Numbered from the stretch's first letter, positions 48,583 through 59,100 are shown. The stretch is DNA of 64,000 nt from an uncultured Akkermansia sp. (GCA_964430505.1 CAYSGH010000010.1:13959-77958); one strand, 5' to 3'. Made by a program: numbers and translations. Notes: generated by a model from the letters alone, not told the origin.

Positions 48583-48931
48583 TTACAAGAGCCAGAATTC
48601 CCTATGTTCGCGACGGAGTCACGGCTGTCATGCCGGGGTTAGGCTGGTCTTAAGGTCGTTGATTGGCCCCCTTGTGAACATCACGACGGTTCTTTCAGAT
48701 CCCGCATCCTTCATCAGTCATGGCGAGGCATTGTACCAACTCATTTTGACTGTAGAAGCGCCACGTAGTGAGGGCGATGGCAAAAGAATTTGTTTGAACG
48801 GCCGTATTGAGTTGGTTCCCGTGGTCGATGGTTTGTGTTTGCCTCGATTCACTGGATAGAAAAGCCGGTACAAAGACTCCATCAGCATCGCGGGCACGTA
48901 GGCTCCCCAGTCGCAAGCCAGCCCCTGGACT

Positions 48932-48991
48932 AGTACCCGCCCCCCCCGCCTCCCGCCCCTCGCTTCCCGCTTCCCGCCTCCCGCTTCCCCG
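48932..48991. repeat. G-rich intergenic element, copy 2 (C-rich on the plus strand)
   Basis: The reverse complement ...GGCGGGAAGCGGGAAGCGAGGGGCGGGAGGCGGGGGGGGCGGGTACT matches 29531-29575. The first 18 nt are identical, and identity is about 85% over about 47 nt by hand alignment. Confidence 0.8.
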
Positions 48992-49171
48992 TCCTGTCGC
49001 TCCGGCACGCCGGGCTTGCCATCTCGCGTGGGTGGGCCTTCATGCTCGCATCGGGCCGTTGCGCGCGGGGCGTGACGGCCCGCCGGGCGAAGTATTTCCT
49101 AACAAAGGCCCGCCTCGTGCGTCATCCGAAGGGGCGCGGCAGGGGCGGCGCGCCCGGAAATGGGAACGAGC

Positions 49172-52100
49172 ATGAAGACGTTGTGGGTGCGGGCGTTGGG
49201 CGGGCTGTGCGTGGCCGCCCGGTTGTGGGCGGCGGAGGGGCCGGGCTTCGTGGAGGCCTTTGTCCTCGCGGAGGACCGGGAGGCCGTGCTGGCGCGGCTC
49301 GTCCCGGGGACGGAGGAGCATTACTTCTTCCATGCCCTGCACTGGCAGAACACGGGCCAGGCCCAGCGGCTGGGCGAGGTGCTCGACGCCTGGGGCAAGC
49401 GCTTCCCGGACTCGGCGCTGCGACGCGAGATCCTGAACCGCGAGGCCCTGCTGGCGCACGCGAAGGATCCCCAGAAAACCCTCGCCTACCTGCGCGAGCA
49501 ACTCGGCCCGCACCTCGCCCACGTCCAGGTGCTGCCCGACCGCCCGCCCGACCTCCCCGCCGCCCTCGACCCGGCGCGCATTTCCCGGGACGCCTTCCTG
49601 AACCGCGTGCTGGCGTCGGACGACCTCGGCGGGGCGTCGGAGGAAATCCTGGAGTTGCTGGTGCGCGAGAAGCGCGCCCTGCGGCCGTCGCAGCGGCGCG
49701 CGTTGCTCCAGCGGCTGCGTTGGCCTTCGACGCCGGGCCTCGTGGAGCTGGTCGCGGAGGACCTCCGGGCCGAGGGCAGCCGCGGCTTCGGCGAGTTCGA
49801 GGTGCACCGGATGTTGCTGCCCGGCCAACTGGACCGGCTGCGCGAGCTGGCACCGGTGGTGGCGACGCAGGATGCCTACGTCCACGAGCGCATCCGCAGG
49901 CTGGCTCCGGGCGCGGACGCGGACGGCGAGCTGGACCCCGCCGAGCGCGAGGCCTGGCTGGGACGGGTTTGGGCCTTGGCCAAGGACCTGCCGCCGCGCT
50001 TCAACACCCTCAAGGCGCACGTCCTGCACGGGCGGCTCCAACTGGACCGCGCCCGGGGCACCTGGGACCGCGCCCGGTTCGTCGAGTACCTCAAGCTGCC
50101 GCGGCCGTTCCCATGGGTGAGCCCCCGCCTGTTGCAGGAGTCGGACGGCGGGCGGCACCCCGTCGATGTGAACGCCGCGTTCGGCGAACTCGCCCTCGGG
50201 CTGCCGCCCGTTTCGGCCGAGGAGCCGTTGGTCCGCGAGTTCTTCCTCCACTTCGCGGCCGACGACGAGGCGTGGGAGCCGTGGACGGAATGGTTGAGGG
50301 ACACGTGGGTGAAGGCCGCCTTTGCCGAGGCCAAGATCACGTCGGGCAAGGGCGAGCCCGAGAAGTGGGCGTCCATGTTGTCGCCGTCCGCGTACCAGGC
50401 GTTGCGGGACCGGGTGGACATCGACCTGTCGCCCACGAACCCCGCCTTCGTCGCGCCGGGCGCGGACGTGTCGGTGAAGGTCCACCTCAAGAACACATCG
50501 CGCCTGCTGGTGCGGGTGCACGAGGTCAACACGACGGGCTACTACCTCGCCCAGGGGCGGCCATTGAACACGGACCTGCCCGTGGAGGGCCTCGTGGCCA
50601 ACATCGAGCAGGCGCACGAGGGCGACCCGTCGCCGTTTCGCCGCGTGGAGCGGACGTTTTCGTTCCCGGAGCTGAAGGGGCGTCGCGGAGCATGGCTGGT
50701 GGAGTTCATCGGGGGCGGCCGTTCGTCGCGGGCATTGATCCGGTCGGGGCAGTACACGGCGTTGCAGCAACCCGGGGCGGCCGGGGTGGAGCTGCTGGTG
50801 CTCGACGAGGCGCGCCAGCCGGTGACCAACGCCGTGGCGTGGCTCGACGGGCGCCGGATCGCCGCCAACGAGACCGGGCGCATCCAGGTGCCGTTCACCG
50901 CCGCGCCCGGCCGAAGGCCCGTGGTGATTTCGGACCCGCAGGGCAACTTCGCCAGCCTCACGGCCTTCGACCACCCCGGCGAGGCCTATGAGCTGGACGC
51001 GCGGTTCCACGTCGAGCGCGAGCAACTGCTGGCCGGGCGCGAGGCCACGCTCGTCGTCCGCCCCATCCTGCGCCTCAACGGCGAGCAGGTGGCCTCCGGG
51101 CTCGTCGAGGAGCCCGTGCTGCGCATCCTGTCCACGACCCACGACGGCATCACGTCCACCCTCGAGCGCCCGGCGGCCGGCCTTGGCGTGTCCGGCGTCC
51201 ACACCCAGTTGTTCCGCGTGCCCGACCGGCTCGCGACGCTTGCCGTGACCTTGTCCGGCAAGGTCGCGCACCTGACGTCGGGCGGCGAGAAGCGGCCCGT
51301 GTCCGCCAGCAAGGAATGGAAGGTCAACGCCACGGACCCGACGCCGGGCGTCGCGGCGGCGCACTTCGTGCGGCACGCGGCGGGCCATTCGCTGGAGGTC
51401 CTCGGGCGCAACGGCGAGCCCATGCCGGACCAGGTGGTGGAGTTGGTCGTGACCCGGCGGGGCTTTGGCCTCACGGAGACCGTGCCGGTTCGGACCGACG
51501 CCGAGGGCCGCGTGGACCTGGGCGCGTTGGAGGGGGTGGAGCGCGTGGTCGCGCGCTTGGCGTCGGGCGCGCCGCCGGCCGAGCTGGCGCCGGAGACGAG
51601 CCTCCGGAACTGGCCGCCCGCATGGCATCTCCTCGCGGGGCAACCCCTGGAGCTGCCCTGGGAGGGCGACCTTGGCGACGGCGACGTGTCGCTCATGGAA
51701 CTGCGCGGCGGCAGGCCCGTGGCCGACCGGTCCGGCGCGGCCATGCTGGACGGCGGCCGGGTCACGGTGCGCGGGCTGGAGCCGGGTGATTACCGGCTGC
51801 GGGTTCGGCACCGGGGCTTCCGCGAGATGGACGTGCGCGTGGCGGCGGGCGCTCCCGTGGGCCGATGGATCGTGGGGGCGACACGGCGGCTCGAGGCCGT
51901 GCAGGTGCGGCCCGTCCTGGCGACGGTCTCCGTGGACACCAACCGCCTCGTCGTGCAGGTGCGCAACGCGACGCCCCGGACGCGCGTCCATGTGTCGGCC
52001 GGGCGCTTCCGGCCGCCGTGGTCGTTGTTCGCGTCGTTGGCCGGCGGGATGCGTGGCGGTGAGGTGGCGGTGCCGGAGCGGCTTCCGAACCTCTACTCGG

Positions 52101-55100
52101 GCGGGCGCGAGATCGGCGACGAGCATCGCTACATCCTGGACCGGCGCTATGCCGCGAAGTTCCCGGGCAACATGCTCGCGCGCCCCGGCCTCTTGCTCAA
52201 TCCCTGGGACAAGCGCGAGACCGACGGGCAGGCGGTGGAGGTCCTCGCGGGGCTGCGGGCGATGCAGACGACGGGCGACCGCGCCGCCGCCAAGATGGCC
52301 GCCGCGATGGCCGACGCGCTGGAACGCTCGGCGGCGGGCACGGACCCGAACATCGACTTCCTCGCGGAGCCGTCGCCGGCGTTGTGGAACCTGGTGCCGG
52401 ACGTGCAAGGGAGGCTGGAGGTGCCGGCGTCGGCCCTGGGCGACCGCCAGCTCGTGCAGGTCCTCGTGGAGGACGGCGAGCAGGCCGCGTGGTCGGCCCA
52501 TGTCGTGCCCGGCAAGGTGACGCGGATGCGGGACCTTCGCCTGGCGCGGCCCATGGACCCGGCGGGCGGCGCGGTGGAGCGCCAGCAGGTGGAGCTGGTG
52601 GCGAAGGGAACCGTTCTCACGATGCCCGCGACGGGCGGCGCGGCCATCGAGGTGTACGACAGCGTCGCCGCCCTCCACGCGTTGTTTTCGTCGATGCGGC
52701 CGGATGCGACCCTGGCGCAGTTCGGGTTCGTGGCGCGTTGGCCGTCGTTGTCGGCGGAGGAGAAGCGCGCGCGCTACTCGGAGTTTGCCTGCCATGAGCT
52801 GAACCTGTTTCTGGAGCGCAAGGACCCGGCGTTCTTCGCCGAGGTGGTCCGCCCGTACCTGGCCAACAAGAAGGACAAGACGTTCATGGACGAGTACCTG
52901 CTCGGCATGGACCTGTCGCGGCACCTGGAGCCGTGGGCGCACGCGCGGCTCAACATGGCGGAACGGGCGTTGCTGGGGCGGCGGCTGGACGCGCGCCGCG
53001 AGGCCGAGGCCCGTCATCTTCGGGAGCTTTGGGAGCTGTTGCCGCCGGATCCCGAGGGCCTGGGCCGGATGTTCGAGACGGCGTTGCGCGGCCGGGCGAT
53101 GGCTGGGCGCGCGGCGGGCACGGAGCGTGGCCTGATGGAGATGGAGATGGAGCAGGCGTCCGCGGACGCGCCGGCGTCGGGACCCATCGTCGCCGGCAAG
53201 CCGATGGCGGCCCCGGCACCGGCGGGCGCCTTCGGGGGCGGCGCAGGGGGCCTCGCGGGACGACCGGCGGAGCCCGAGATGGGCCGGCGGTTTGGCCTGA
53301 TGCGGTCGGAGGCGACGCTGGCCAAGGACAAAAGGACGGCCAGCGCGAATGGCCCGGCTCTCGCGAAGGCCCAGGACGCCAAGGCGGTTGACGCGTTGTT
53401 TTTTTACGACACGCAATGGGACGGGGCGGACCGGCTGGAGCTGAAGCGTGTCCTGGAGCGCCGCAAGGAGGCCCTCGGCGACGCCTACCACCGGGCGCTC
53501 GGCCGGACGCGCGAGTGGGCCGAGAACAACTACCATCGGCTGCCCATCGAGCGACAGGACGCGGCGCTGGTGCCCATCAATGGGTTTTGGAAGGACCTCG
53601 CGGCATGGGATGGGAAGGGGACGTTCCTCTCCACCAACGTGGCGCAGGCAGCGCGCGGCTTCACCGAGATGATGCTGGCGCTGGCGGTGCTGGACGTGCC
53701 CTTCGAGGCGCCCAAGCACGAGAGCAAGGTGGAGGGCGGCCAGTTCACCTTCACGGCGGGCGGTCCTGCCATCGTGTTCCGCAGGCAGGTCCAGCCGCTG
53801 CCCGCCGCGCCGGCCGGCGGGCTGCTGGTCAGCGAGTCGTTCTTCCGGGCGGACGCCCCCAAGCGCATGGAGGGCAACGAGGCCGTCGATGCATTCGTCA
53901 CCGGCGAGTTCCAGTCCGGCGTGGTCTATGGGGCGCGCGTCGTCGTGGGCAACCCGGGCTCCGCGCCGGTGCGGGCCGACGTGCTGACGCAGGTTCCCAA
54001 GGGCGCGCTGCCCGTCGCGGGCAGCCGGATGACGCACGGGCGTCCCCTCCGCCTGGAGCCCTACGCCACGCAGCAGTTCGAGTACTTCTTCTACTTCCCG
54101 GCGACGGGCGAGGACACGGTGCAACCCCACTTCCCCGCGCACGCGGCCGTGGGCGGGCGTCCCTCGGGAAGCGCGCGCCCGCAGGATTTCAGCGTGGTGC
54201 GGCGCCTTTCCAAGGTGGACACGGCGTCCTGGGAACACGTGTCGCAGCAGGCGACGGACGAGGAGGTGCTGTCGTTCCTTGGGCGGACGAACGTCGCACG
54301 GCTGGAATTGGAGAAGGTCGCGTGGCGCTCGCGCAAGAGCGCCGACTTCATGGGGCGCCTGATGACGTTGCTACGCGACCGCAATGCATGGAGCGAGCCC
54401 AATGCCCGCTATGCGCTGGTCCACGACAACCCGCAGGTGTTGTCCGAGTGGCTCCGGCACCGGGACGACTTCATCGGGCGGTGTGGCTCGTGGTTTTCCA
54501 ACGCGCTCGTCCGGATCGACCCGGTGGAACGGCGCGCCTTCGAGCACCTCGAGTACTCGCCCCTGGTGAACCAACGGTTCCATCGGTTCGGGGCGGAGCG
54601 GCAAATCCCCAACCCGGCGCTGCTGGCCCACTACCGGCGCCTGCTCGACATCCTCGCGCACAAGCCCGCCCTCGACGCCAACGACCAGTTGTCGCTCGTG
54701 TACTTCCTGTTCCTCCAGGACCGCGTGGAGGAGGCGTTGGCGCGCCTGGCCAAGGTGTCGGCGAACGACGTCGCCACGCGGCTCCAGCACGACTACCTCC
54801 GCTGCTACGCCGCCTTCTACCAGGGCAAGGCCGCCGACGCCCGGGCCATCGCCGCCGCCCATGCGCGGCATCCGGTCGAGCGCTGGCGGTCGTTGTTCGC
54901 CGAGGTCGTGGCGCAGGCGGACGAGGCCGAGGGTCGCCCGGTGGCGCGGCCCGGCGACGTGACGGACCGCGAGCGGACGGAGGCGGAGCTTGCGGCGCGG
55001 GAGCCCGTCGTGGACCTGCGCGTGGACGGCGGGCTCGTGCGGGTGGGCAGCCGCAACGTGCGCGAGGTGACGTTGAACTATTACCTCATGGACCCGGAGT

Positions 55101-55654
55101 TCCTGTTCAGCACCAGCCCGTTCGTGGCGAGCGATCCCGGCCGGTTTTCCATCGTCAAGCCCACGGCCACCTCCGTCCACGCCGTGGAGGAGGGCAAGCC
55201 CGGCGTGGACGTGCCGCTCCCGGAGCGATTCGTGAAGGCCAACGTGCTCGTCGAGGTGGTCGGCGGCGGACGCCGGAAGACCCAGGCGCACCATGCCAAC
55301 ACCTTCCGCCTCGTGCTTTCGGAGAACCACGGCCGCCTGGAGCTGCGCGACGCGCAAGGCAACCAGCCCGTGCCCCGGGCCTACGTGAAGGCCTACGCCC
55401 GCATCGCCGGCGGCGGCGTCCGCTTCCTCAAGGATGGCTACACCGACCTTCGCGGGCGCTTCGACTACGCCAGCATCCACGAGACCGCCGCCGATCCCGT
55501 CCCCGTGCGCGCCGGCGGCGAGGGCTCCCCGCAGGGCATGGACCATCCCGCCCTCGTCTCCCGCGAGCTGTCCTCCGTCGAGAAAATCGCGTTGCTCGTC
55601 CTCAGCGACACCCACGGGGCCGCCGTCCGAGAGGTGGACCCGCCCCGGAGGTGA
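49172..55654 (+). CDS. Very large (2160 aa) secreted protein of unknown function with helical regions and repeated beta-sandwich-like modules
   Basis: ATG 49172 gives a signal peptide (MKTLWVRALGGLCVAARLWAAEG). The 6.5-kb frame is uninterrupted. Recurring segments such as NAVAWLDGRRIAANETGRIQVPF, VRTDAEGRVDLGAL and GRVTVRGLEPGDYRLRVRH resemble MG/CarboxypepD_reg-type sandwiches. I recognise no catalytic motif. Confidence 0.85.
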   Translation: MKTLWVRALGGLCVAARLWAAEGPGFVEAFVLAEDREAVLARLVPGTEEHYFFHALHWQNTGQAQRLGEVLDAWGKRFPDSALRREILNREALLAHAKDPQKTLAYLREQLGPHLAHVQVLPDRPPDLPAALDPARISRDAFLNRVLASDDLGGASEEILELLVREKRALRPSQRRALLQRLRWPSTPGLVELVAEDLRAEGSRGFGEFEVHRMLLPGQLDRLRELAPVVATQDAYVHERIRRLAPGADADGELDPAEREAWLGRVWALAKDLPPRFNTLKAHVLHGRLQLDRARGTWDRARFVEYLKLPRPFPWVSPRLLQESDGGRHPVDVNAAFGELALGLPPVSAEEPLVREFFLHFAADDEAWEPWTEWLRDTWVKAAFAEAKITSGKGEPEKWASMLSPSAYQALRDRVDIDLSPTNPAFVAPGADVSVKVHLKNTSRLLVRVHEVNTTGYYLAQGRPLNTDLPVEGLVANIEQAHEGDPSPFRRVERTFSFPELKGRRGAWLVEFIGGGRSSRALIRSGQYTALQQPGAAGVELLVLDEARQPVTNAVAWLDGRRIAANETGRIQVPFTAAPGRRPVVISDPQGNFASLTAFDHPGEAYELDARFHVEREQLLAGREATLVVRPILRLNGEQVASGLVEEPVLRILSTTHDGITSTLERPAAGLGVSGVHTQLFRVPDRLATLAVTLSGKVAHLTSGGEKRPVSASKEWKVNATDPTPGVAAAHFVRHAAGHSLEVLGRNGEPMPDQVVELVVTRRGFGLTETVPVRTDAEGRVDLGALEGVERVVARLASGAPPAELAPETSLRNWPPAWHLLAGQPLELPWEGDLGDGDVSLMELRGGRPVADRSGAAMLDGGRVTVRGLEPGDYRLRVRHRGFREMDVRVAAGAPVGRWIVGATRRLEAVQVRPVLATVSVDTNRLVVQVRNATPRTRVHVSAGRFRPPWSLFASLAGGMRGGEVAVPERLPNLYSGGREIGDEHRYILDRRYAAKFPGNMLARPGLLLNPWDKRETDGQAVEVLAGLRAMQTTGDRAAAKMAAAMADALERSAAGTDPNIDFLAEPSPALWNLVPDVQGRLEVPASALGDRQLVQVLVEDGEQAAWSAHVVPGKVTRMRDLRLARPMDPAGGAVERQQVELVAKGTVLTMPATGGAAIEVYDSVAALHALFSSMRPDATLAQFGFVARWPSLSAEEKRARYSEFACHELNLFLERKDPAFFAEVVRPYLANKKDKTFMDEYLLGMDLSRHLEPWAHARLNMAERALLGRRLDARREAEARHLRELWELLPPDPEGLGRMFETALRGRAMAGRAAGTERGLMEMEMEQASADAPASGPIVAGKPMAAPAPAGAFGGGAGGLAGRPAEPEMGRRFGLMRSEATLAKDKRTASANGPALAKAQDAKAVDALFFYDTQWDGADRLELKRVLERRKEALGDAYHRALGRTREWAENNYHRLPIERQDAALVPINGFWKDLAAWDGKGTFLSTNVAQAARGFTEMMLALAVLDVPFEAPKHESKVEGGQFTFTAGGPAIVFRRQVQPLPAAPAGGLLVSESFFRADAPKRMEGNEAVDAFVTGEFQSGVVYGARVVVGNPGSAPVRADVLTQVPKGALPVAGSRMTHGRPLRLEPYATQQFEYFFYFPATGEDTVQPHFPAHAAVGGRPSGSARPQDFSVVRRLSKVDTASWEHVSQQATDEEVLSFLGRTNVARLELEKVAWRSRKSADFMGRLMTLLRDRNAWSEPNARYALVHDNPQVLSEWLRHRDDFIGRCGSWFSNALVRIDPVERRAFEHLEYSPLVNQRFHRFGAERQIPNPALLAHYRRLLDILAHKPALDANDQLSLVYFLFLQDRVEEALARLAKVSANDVATRLQHDYLRCYAAFYQGKAADARAIAAAHARHPVERWRSLFAEVVAQADEAEGRPVARPGDVTDRERTEAELAAREPVVDLRVDGGLVRVGSRNVREVTLNYYLMDPEFLFSTSPFVASDPGRFSIVKPTATSVHAVEEGKPGVDVPLPERFVKANVLVEVVGGGRRKTQAHHANTFRLVLSENHGRLELRDAQGNQPVPRAYVKAYARIAGGGVRFLKDGYTDLRGRFDYASIHETAADPVPVRAGGEGSPQGMDHPALVSRELSSVEKIALLVLSDTHGAAVREVDPPRR

Positions 55655-55770
55655 GGGTTTTGTGATGCATGGGGCCCAGGACCCTCATGGGGCTCATCGG
55701 GCGTTTCGCGCCTCCGATCCTTCCCTGCCTCGCGCTTGCAGCCGCACCCTGCTCCTGCGATCCAACGCTC

Positions 55771-55992
55771 GTGGATTCCACCTCCAAGCGAGAGTTCAGC
55801 GTCATCGTGGAACGAGACGCGGACGGGTACTACATCGCGACCGTCCCCGGCCTGCGCGGTTGCCATACCCAGGCTCGTTCCTTGGACCAGCTTCAGGAGC
55901 GAATCCGAGAGGCCATCGAGCTATGCCTCGAATCGGAGGATGAGCGCCTCCCTGCCTGTGAGTTCATCGGGGTCCAACGGGTCGCCCTTTAG
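55771..55992 (+). CDS. hicB: HicB-family (UPF0150) antitoxin-like protein
   Basis: EFSVIVERDADGYYIATVPGLRGCHTQARSLDQLQERIREAIELCLE is a typical HicB N-domain. GTG 55771 gives a 73-aa product. The track start at 55669 adds an implausible 34-aa leader. Confidence 0.7.
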   Translation: MDSTSKREFSVIVERDADGYYIATVPGLRGCHTQARSLDQLQERIREAIELCLESEDERLPACEFIGVQRVAL

Positions 55993-56075
55993 CCGAAACC
56001 ATCGGACCGGGCTTGCTCGCGAAGATCATCTCGGACGCCGAGTTGGACCTGGATTCCTTTCTTCGCTTGCTCTGA
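55962..56075 (+). pseudogene. hicA: Truncated hicA-like toxin remnant (C-terminal ~37 codons only)
   Basis: The frame after the TGA at 55959 reads VHRGPTGRPLAETIGPGLLAKIISDAELDLDSFLRLL*. It resembles the HicA C-terminus (V-P-x-H ... GTL+-I++Q-+-S-EEF--LL). The N-terminal dsRBD half (about 40 codons) is missing and there is no start codon. Confidence 0.45.
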
Positions 56076-56126
56076 GGCCTTTCCCGCTTCGCTCCCGATC
56101 CGTCGGCCACGTCCACGCCCCCACCC

Positions 56127-59100
56127 TCAAGGCCCCAGGCGCAGCCTATAGAACCGCGATCCGCCCGGTGCCCCGTCCGTCGAATCCAGCAGGACCTGGA
56201 TGCCATTCGTGGCCAACAACCCCGTCTTCCAAACTGCGTAGGGTCCGCCCAGCGCGTCGGCCCGAAGCACCGAGAACGAGCGCCCGGGCGTGCCCGTCCA
56301 CTCCAGCAGGGCGCCGTCGGCCGTCGGGCGCCCGCCCACGAGCGCGTCGCGAAGGAGGGGGTCGGTGCCGGCCTGCCATTCCACCGTCTCGCTGAATCCA
56401 TCGCCGTCGCGGTCCGACACGGGCGTTCCTTGCAGGTCGCCCAAGGCCGATAGTTCCCACGCATCCGGCAGGCTGTCCGCGTCCGTGTCGGGTTGGGCGA
56501 GGTCCAGGGCGACGGACTCCGCCTGCGCGCCGGGCCGCGCGTGGAGATGGAGGAGCAGGGCGTGGATGCGGCCGGTCGCCGTCGCCCCGTTGACGCTGGC
56601 GTTGGAACGGCGCACGGCCGCGGCCACCGTCCGTCCCTCGCGTTGCCACAAGCCGCCGGGCCTGACGGACGCCGTGCCATCGATCAAGGGCCGGGCTGGA
56701 TGAAACACAATCCATGGCGTCGAGTCCGCAAACGAACCGTCCGTCCGAACCCGGTACCGCACCACCGCCGTCGTGCTCGTGATCCCCAGCGCGGAGGCGC
56801 TTGCCGACAAAACCATCGCCCCGTTTTCCAGGGCGGCCGGGTCCGCCTCCGACGCCAGCAACCGGTTCCAGTCCGCCGCCGCCACCCACGCGGCCGAGCC
56901 GTTTCGCGCCGCGGCGACGTGGCCGTCCGTGGCGGACTTTTCGTCCGAAAGATTATTGGCCGTCACCAGGCCGGTGTCCGCGTTGGAAAGCGTGGCGTCC
57001 ACGGTGCCGTTGCCATCGCGGTCGATCTCCACGTCCACGCGGGTGAACGCCCGTGACGGCGTCGCCCATGCGCCCGCCATGGCGACGCCGAACGACAAGG
57101 TGGTGGAGGCCATGCTGCCCTTCGCGGGGAAGTCCGACGCTGCGCCCGCCGCGACGATGTCCGTCGCCAGGCCATCGCCCGACGCCGTGGCGCTGGTATT
57201 GAAATACCCGCGTTGGAACACCGCCACCCATCCGCCGTCCGCCGGGCTCGTCGTGGGCGCGGTGGGCAAGGTCACGGCGACGGGATCGCCCGTCGCCACG
57301 CCGGACAACGGGGCCGTCGCCACCGGTTGGCCCACGGCCCGCACCACCGCATGCCAGGGCACATGAACGTCCACGGTGCCACCCCGGAACCACACCTGGC
57401 CCGACGCCTCGGGGATGCCCTGTCGCGCGCGCCCCAGCGATTGCGTGGCCGACGCCAGGTCTGCGTTGGGAACGAGCCGGGCGGGATCGACCTCCAACCG
57501 GACGCCCACCTGCACGGAGCCGTTCGGCGGCACGGTGAGCGTCTCGGGAACCACCACGACGCGTGCCCCGGGCTGGGCCAACGTGGATGTGGCCTCGGCA
57601 CGCAGCGTGACGGCTTCGGGGCCGTGGTTCACCACCGTGACGGACTGCGTCCTGACGAGCGGTTGCCACGCCACGATGCGGCCGAACGAGAGGCTCACGG
57701 CCTCGGGATTCGTCGCGGAATACGCCACCACGGTGGTTCGCGCGGCGGCGGCCACGTCGAGCCGGCCCGCGCCGGCCCATGACTCGGGGAAGGCCGCGCC
57801 GTTGGTCCCGCGCAGGGGGGACACGGCGGTGTTCATGAGCGCCGACTTGATGTCGCGCCCCGGCCATTGCGGACGCGCTTGCCGGACCAACGCCGCGGCC
57901 CCCGCCACGTGCGGGGACGCCATCGACGTGCCCGTCATCGGCGCGGCCAGGTTGCCCGAGCCTGCACGCACGGACTCGATGGAGGAGCCCGGCGCGGCGA
58001 GGTCCGGCTTGAGCCGCGCCGTGGGCCACACGGGGCCGCGCGAGCTGCTCTCGTTCATGGAGTCGGCGAGCTCCGGGAACCCGATGCGGACGTCGTCGCC
58101 CAACGTCACGGTGACGCCCCCGGCCAGCGCGGCCTTGATGCGGTCGCCGTCGGGGCGCGAGATCATCACGGCGGGGATGGTCATGTCGGCGGCGGGTCCG
58201 CTGGCTCCCATGACGATGGGGGGGCCATCCACGTTGTTGACGACGACGACGGCGGTGGCTCCGACGGCCTGCAAGGCGCGGATCTTGTCCAGGAAGAAGC
58301 ACGTGCCCCGGTCCACGAGGGCGATGTTTCCCGCCAACTCCGCCCCGTTCTGGATGGGGTCGCACGCGAGGTTGGGAATCACCTGCACCAGCCTTCCCGT
58401 GAGCTTGGGCAACGTGGCCAAGGGCGGCGTGAACTGCCCCTCCACGGCCGCCGCCTTGCCCGCGACCCAATCCGGCCCGTCGATGGCGATCGCGCCCGTC
58501 CCGAAGCCGTCGTCGTAGGCGTTGGCCACGGCGATCGCGGCGGCGGCGCACGCGGGCGAATCCACCTTGTAGGCCGCGTTGCCGCCGTTGCCCGAGGACA
58601 GCACCACGACGCAACCCAGGCCCAGCAGACGACGAATCGCGGCCGCCTGGGGCTCCTCCGCATCGTCGGTGCCGAACGAGCTGCCCAGCGAAAGGTTCGC
58701 GACGTCGAGATGGTCCGATGGATTCCCATTGCGGTCGGGGTCGGCCACGTGGTCCAGCGCCTGGAGGATGATGCTCGTGGACGTAAGCCCGCCCCGCCCG
58801 AACACCTTGATGGCATGGAGCGTGGCCTCCGGCGCGACGCCCGGGCCGATGCGCCATGCATTCGACCCGGCCGCCGCGTCATACGGGCCACGAAAGGTGG
58901 AGCCATCCGCCAGCACCCCCATGCCCGCCGCGATCCCCGCGACGTGACTGCCGTGCCCGTTTGCGGACGGGTCCAGAGGGTCCGGGTCCGGCTGGGGCGA
59001 GGATGACGACGCGCTCGCCGAGTCGTAGTCATCTCCCACCAGGTCCGTGCCGCCGGTCACCTTGGCCGTGGGAAAGGTGCCGGGCTCGACCACGGCAGGA

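Noticed and set aside
36941-49171. Calling the island a mobile element (ICE, prophage or transposon).
   Set aside because: I found no integrase, transposase, tRNA target or convincing terminal direct or inverted repeats by eye. Only compositional evidence exists, so no mobile_element feature is reported.
55669-55770. Long N-terminal leader (MGPRTLMGLIGRFAPPILPCLALAAAPCSC...) for the HicB-like ORF, possibly a lipoprotein signal.
   Set aside because: HicB-family antitoxins are small cytoplasmic proteins and the conserved domain begins right after GTG 55771. The leader is probably untranslated. This remains uncertain.
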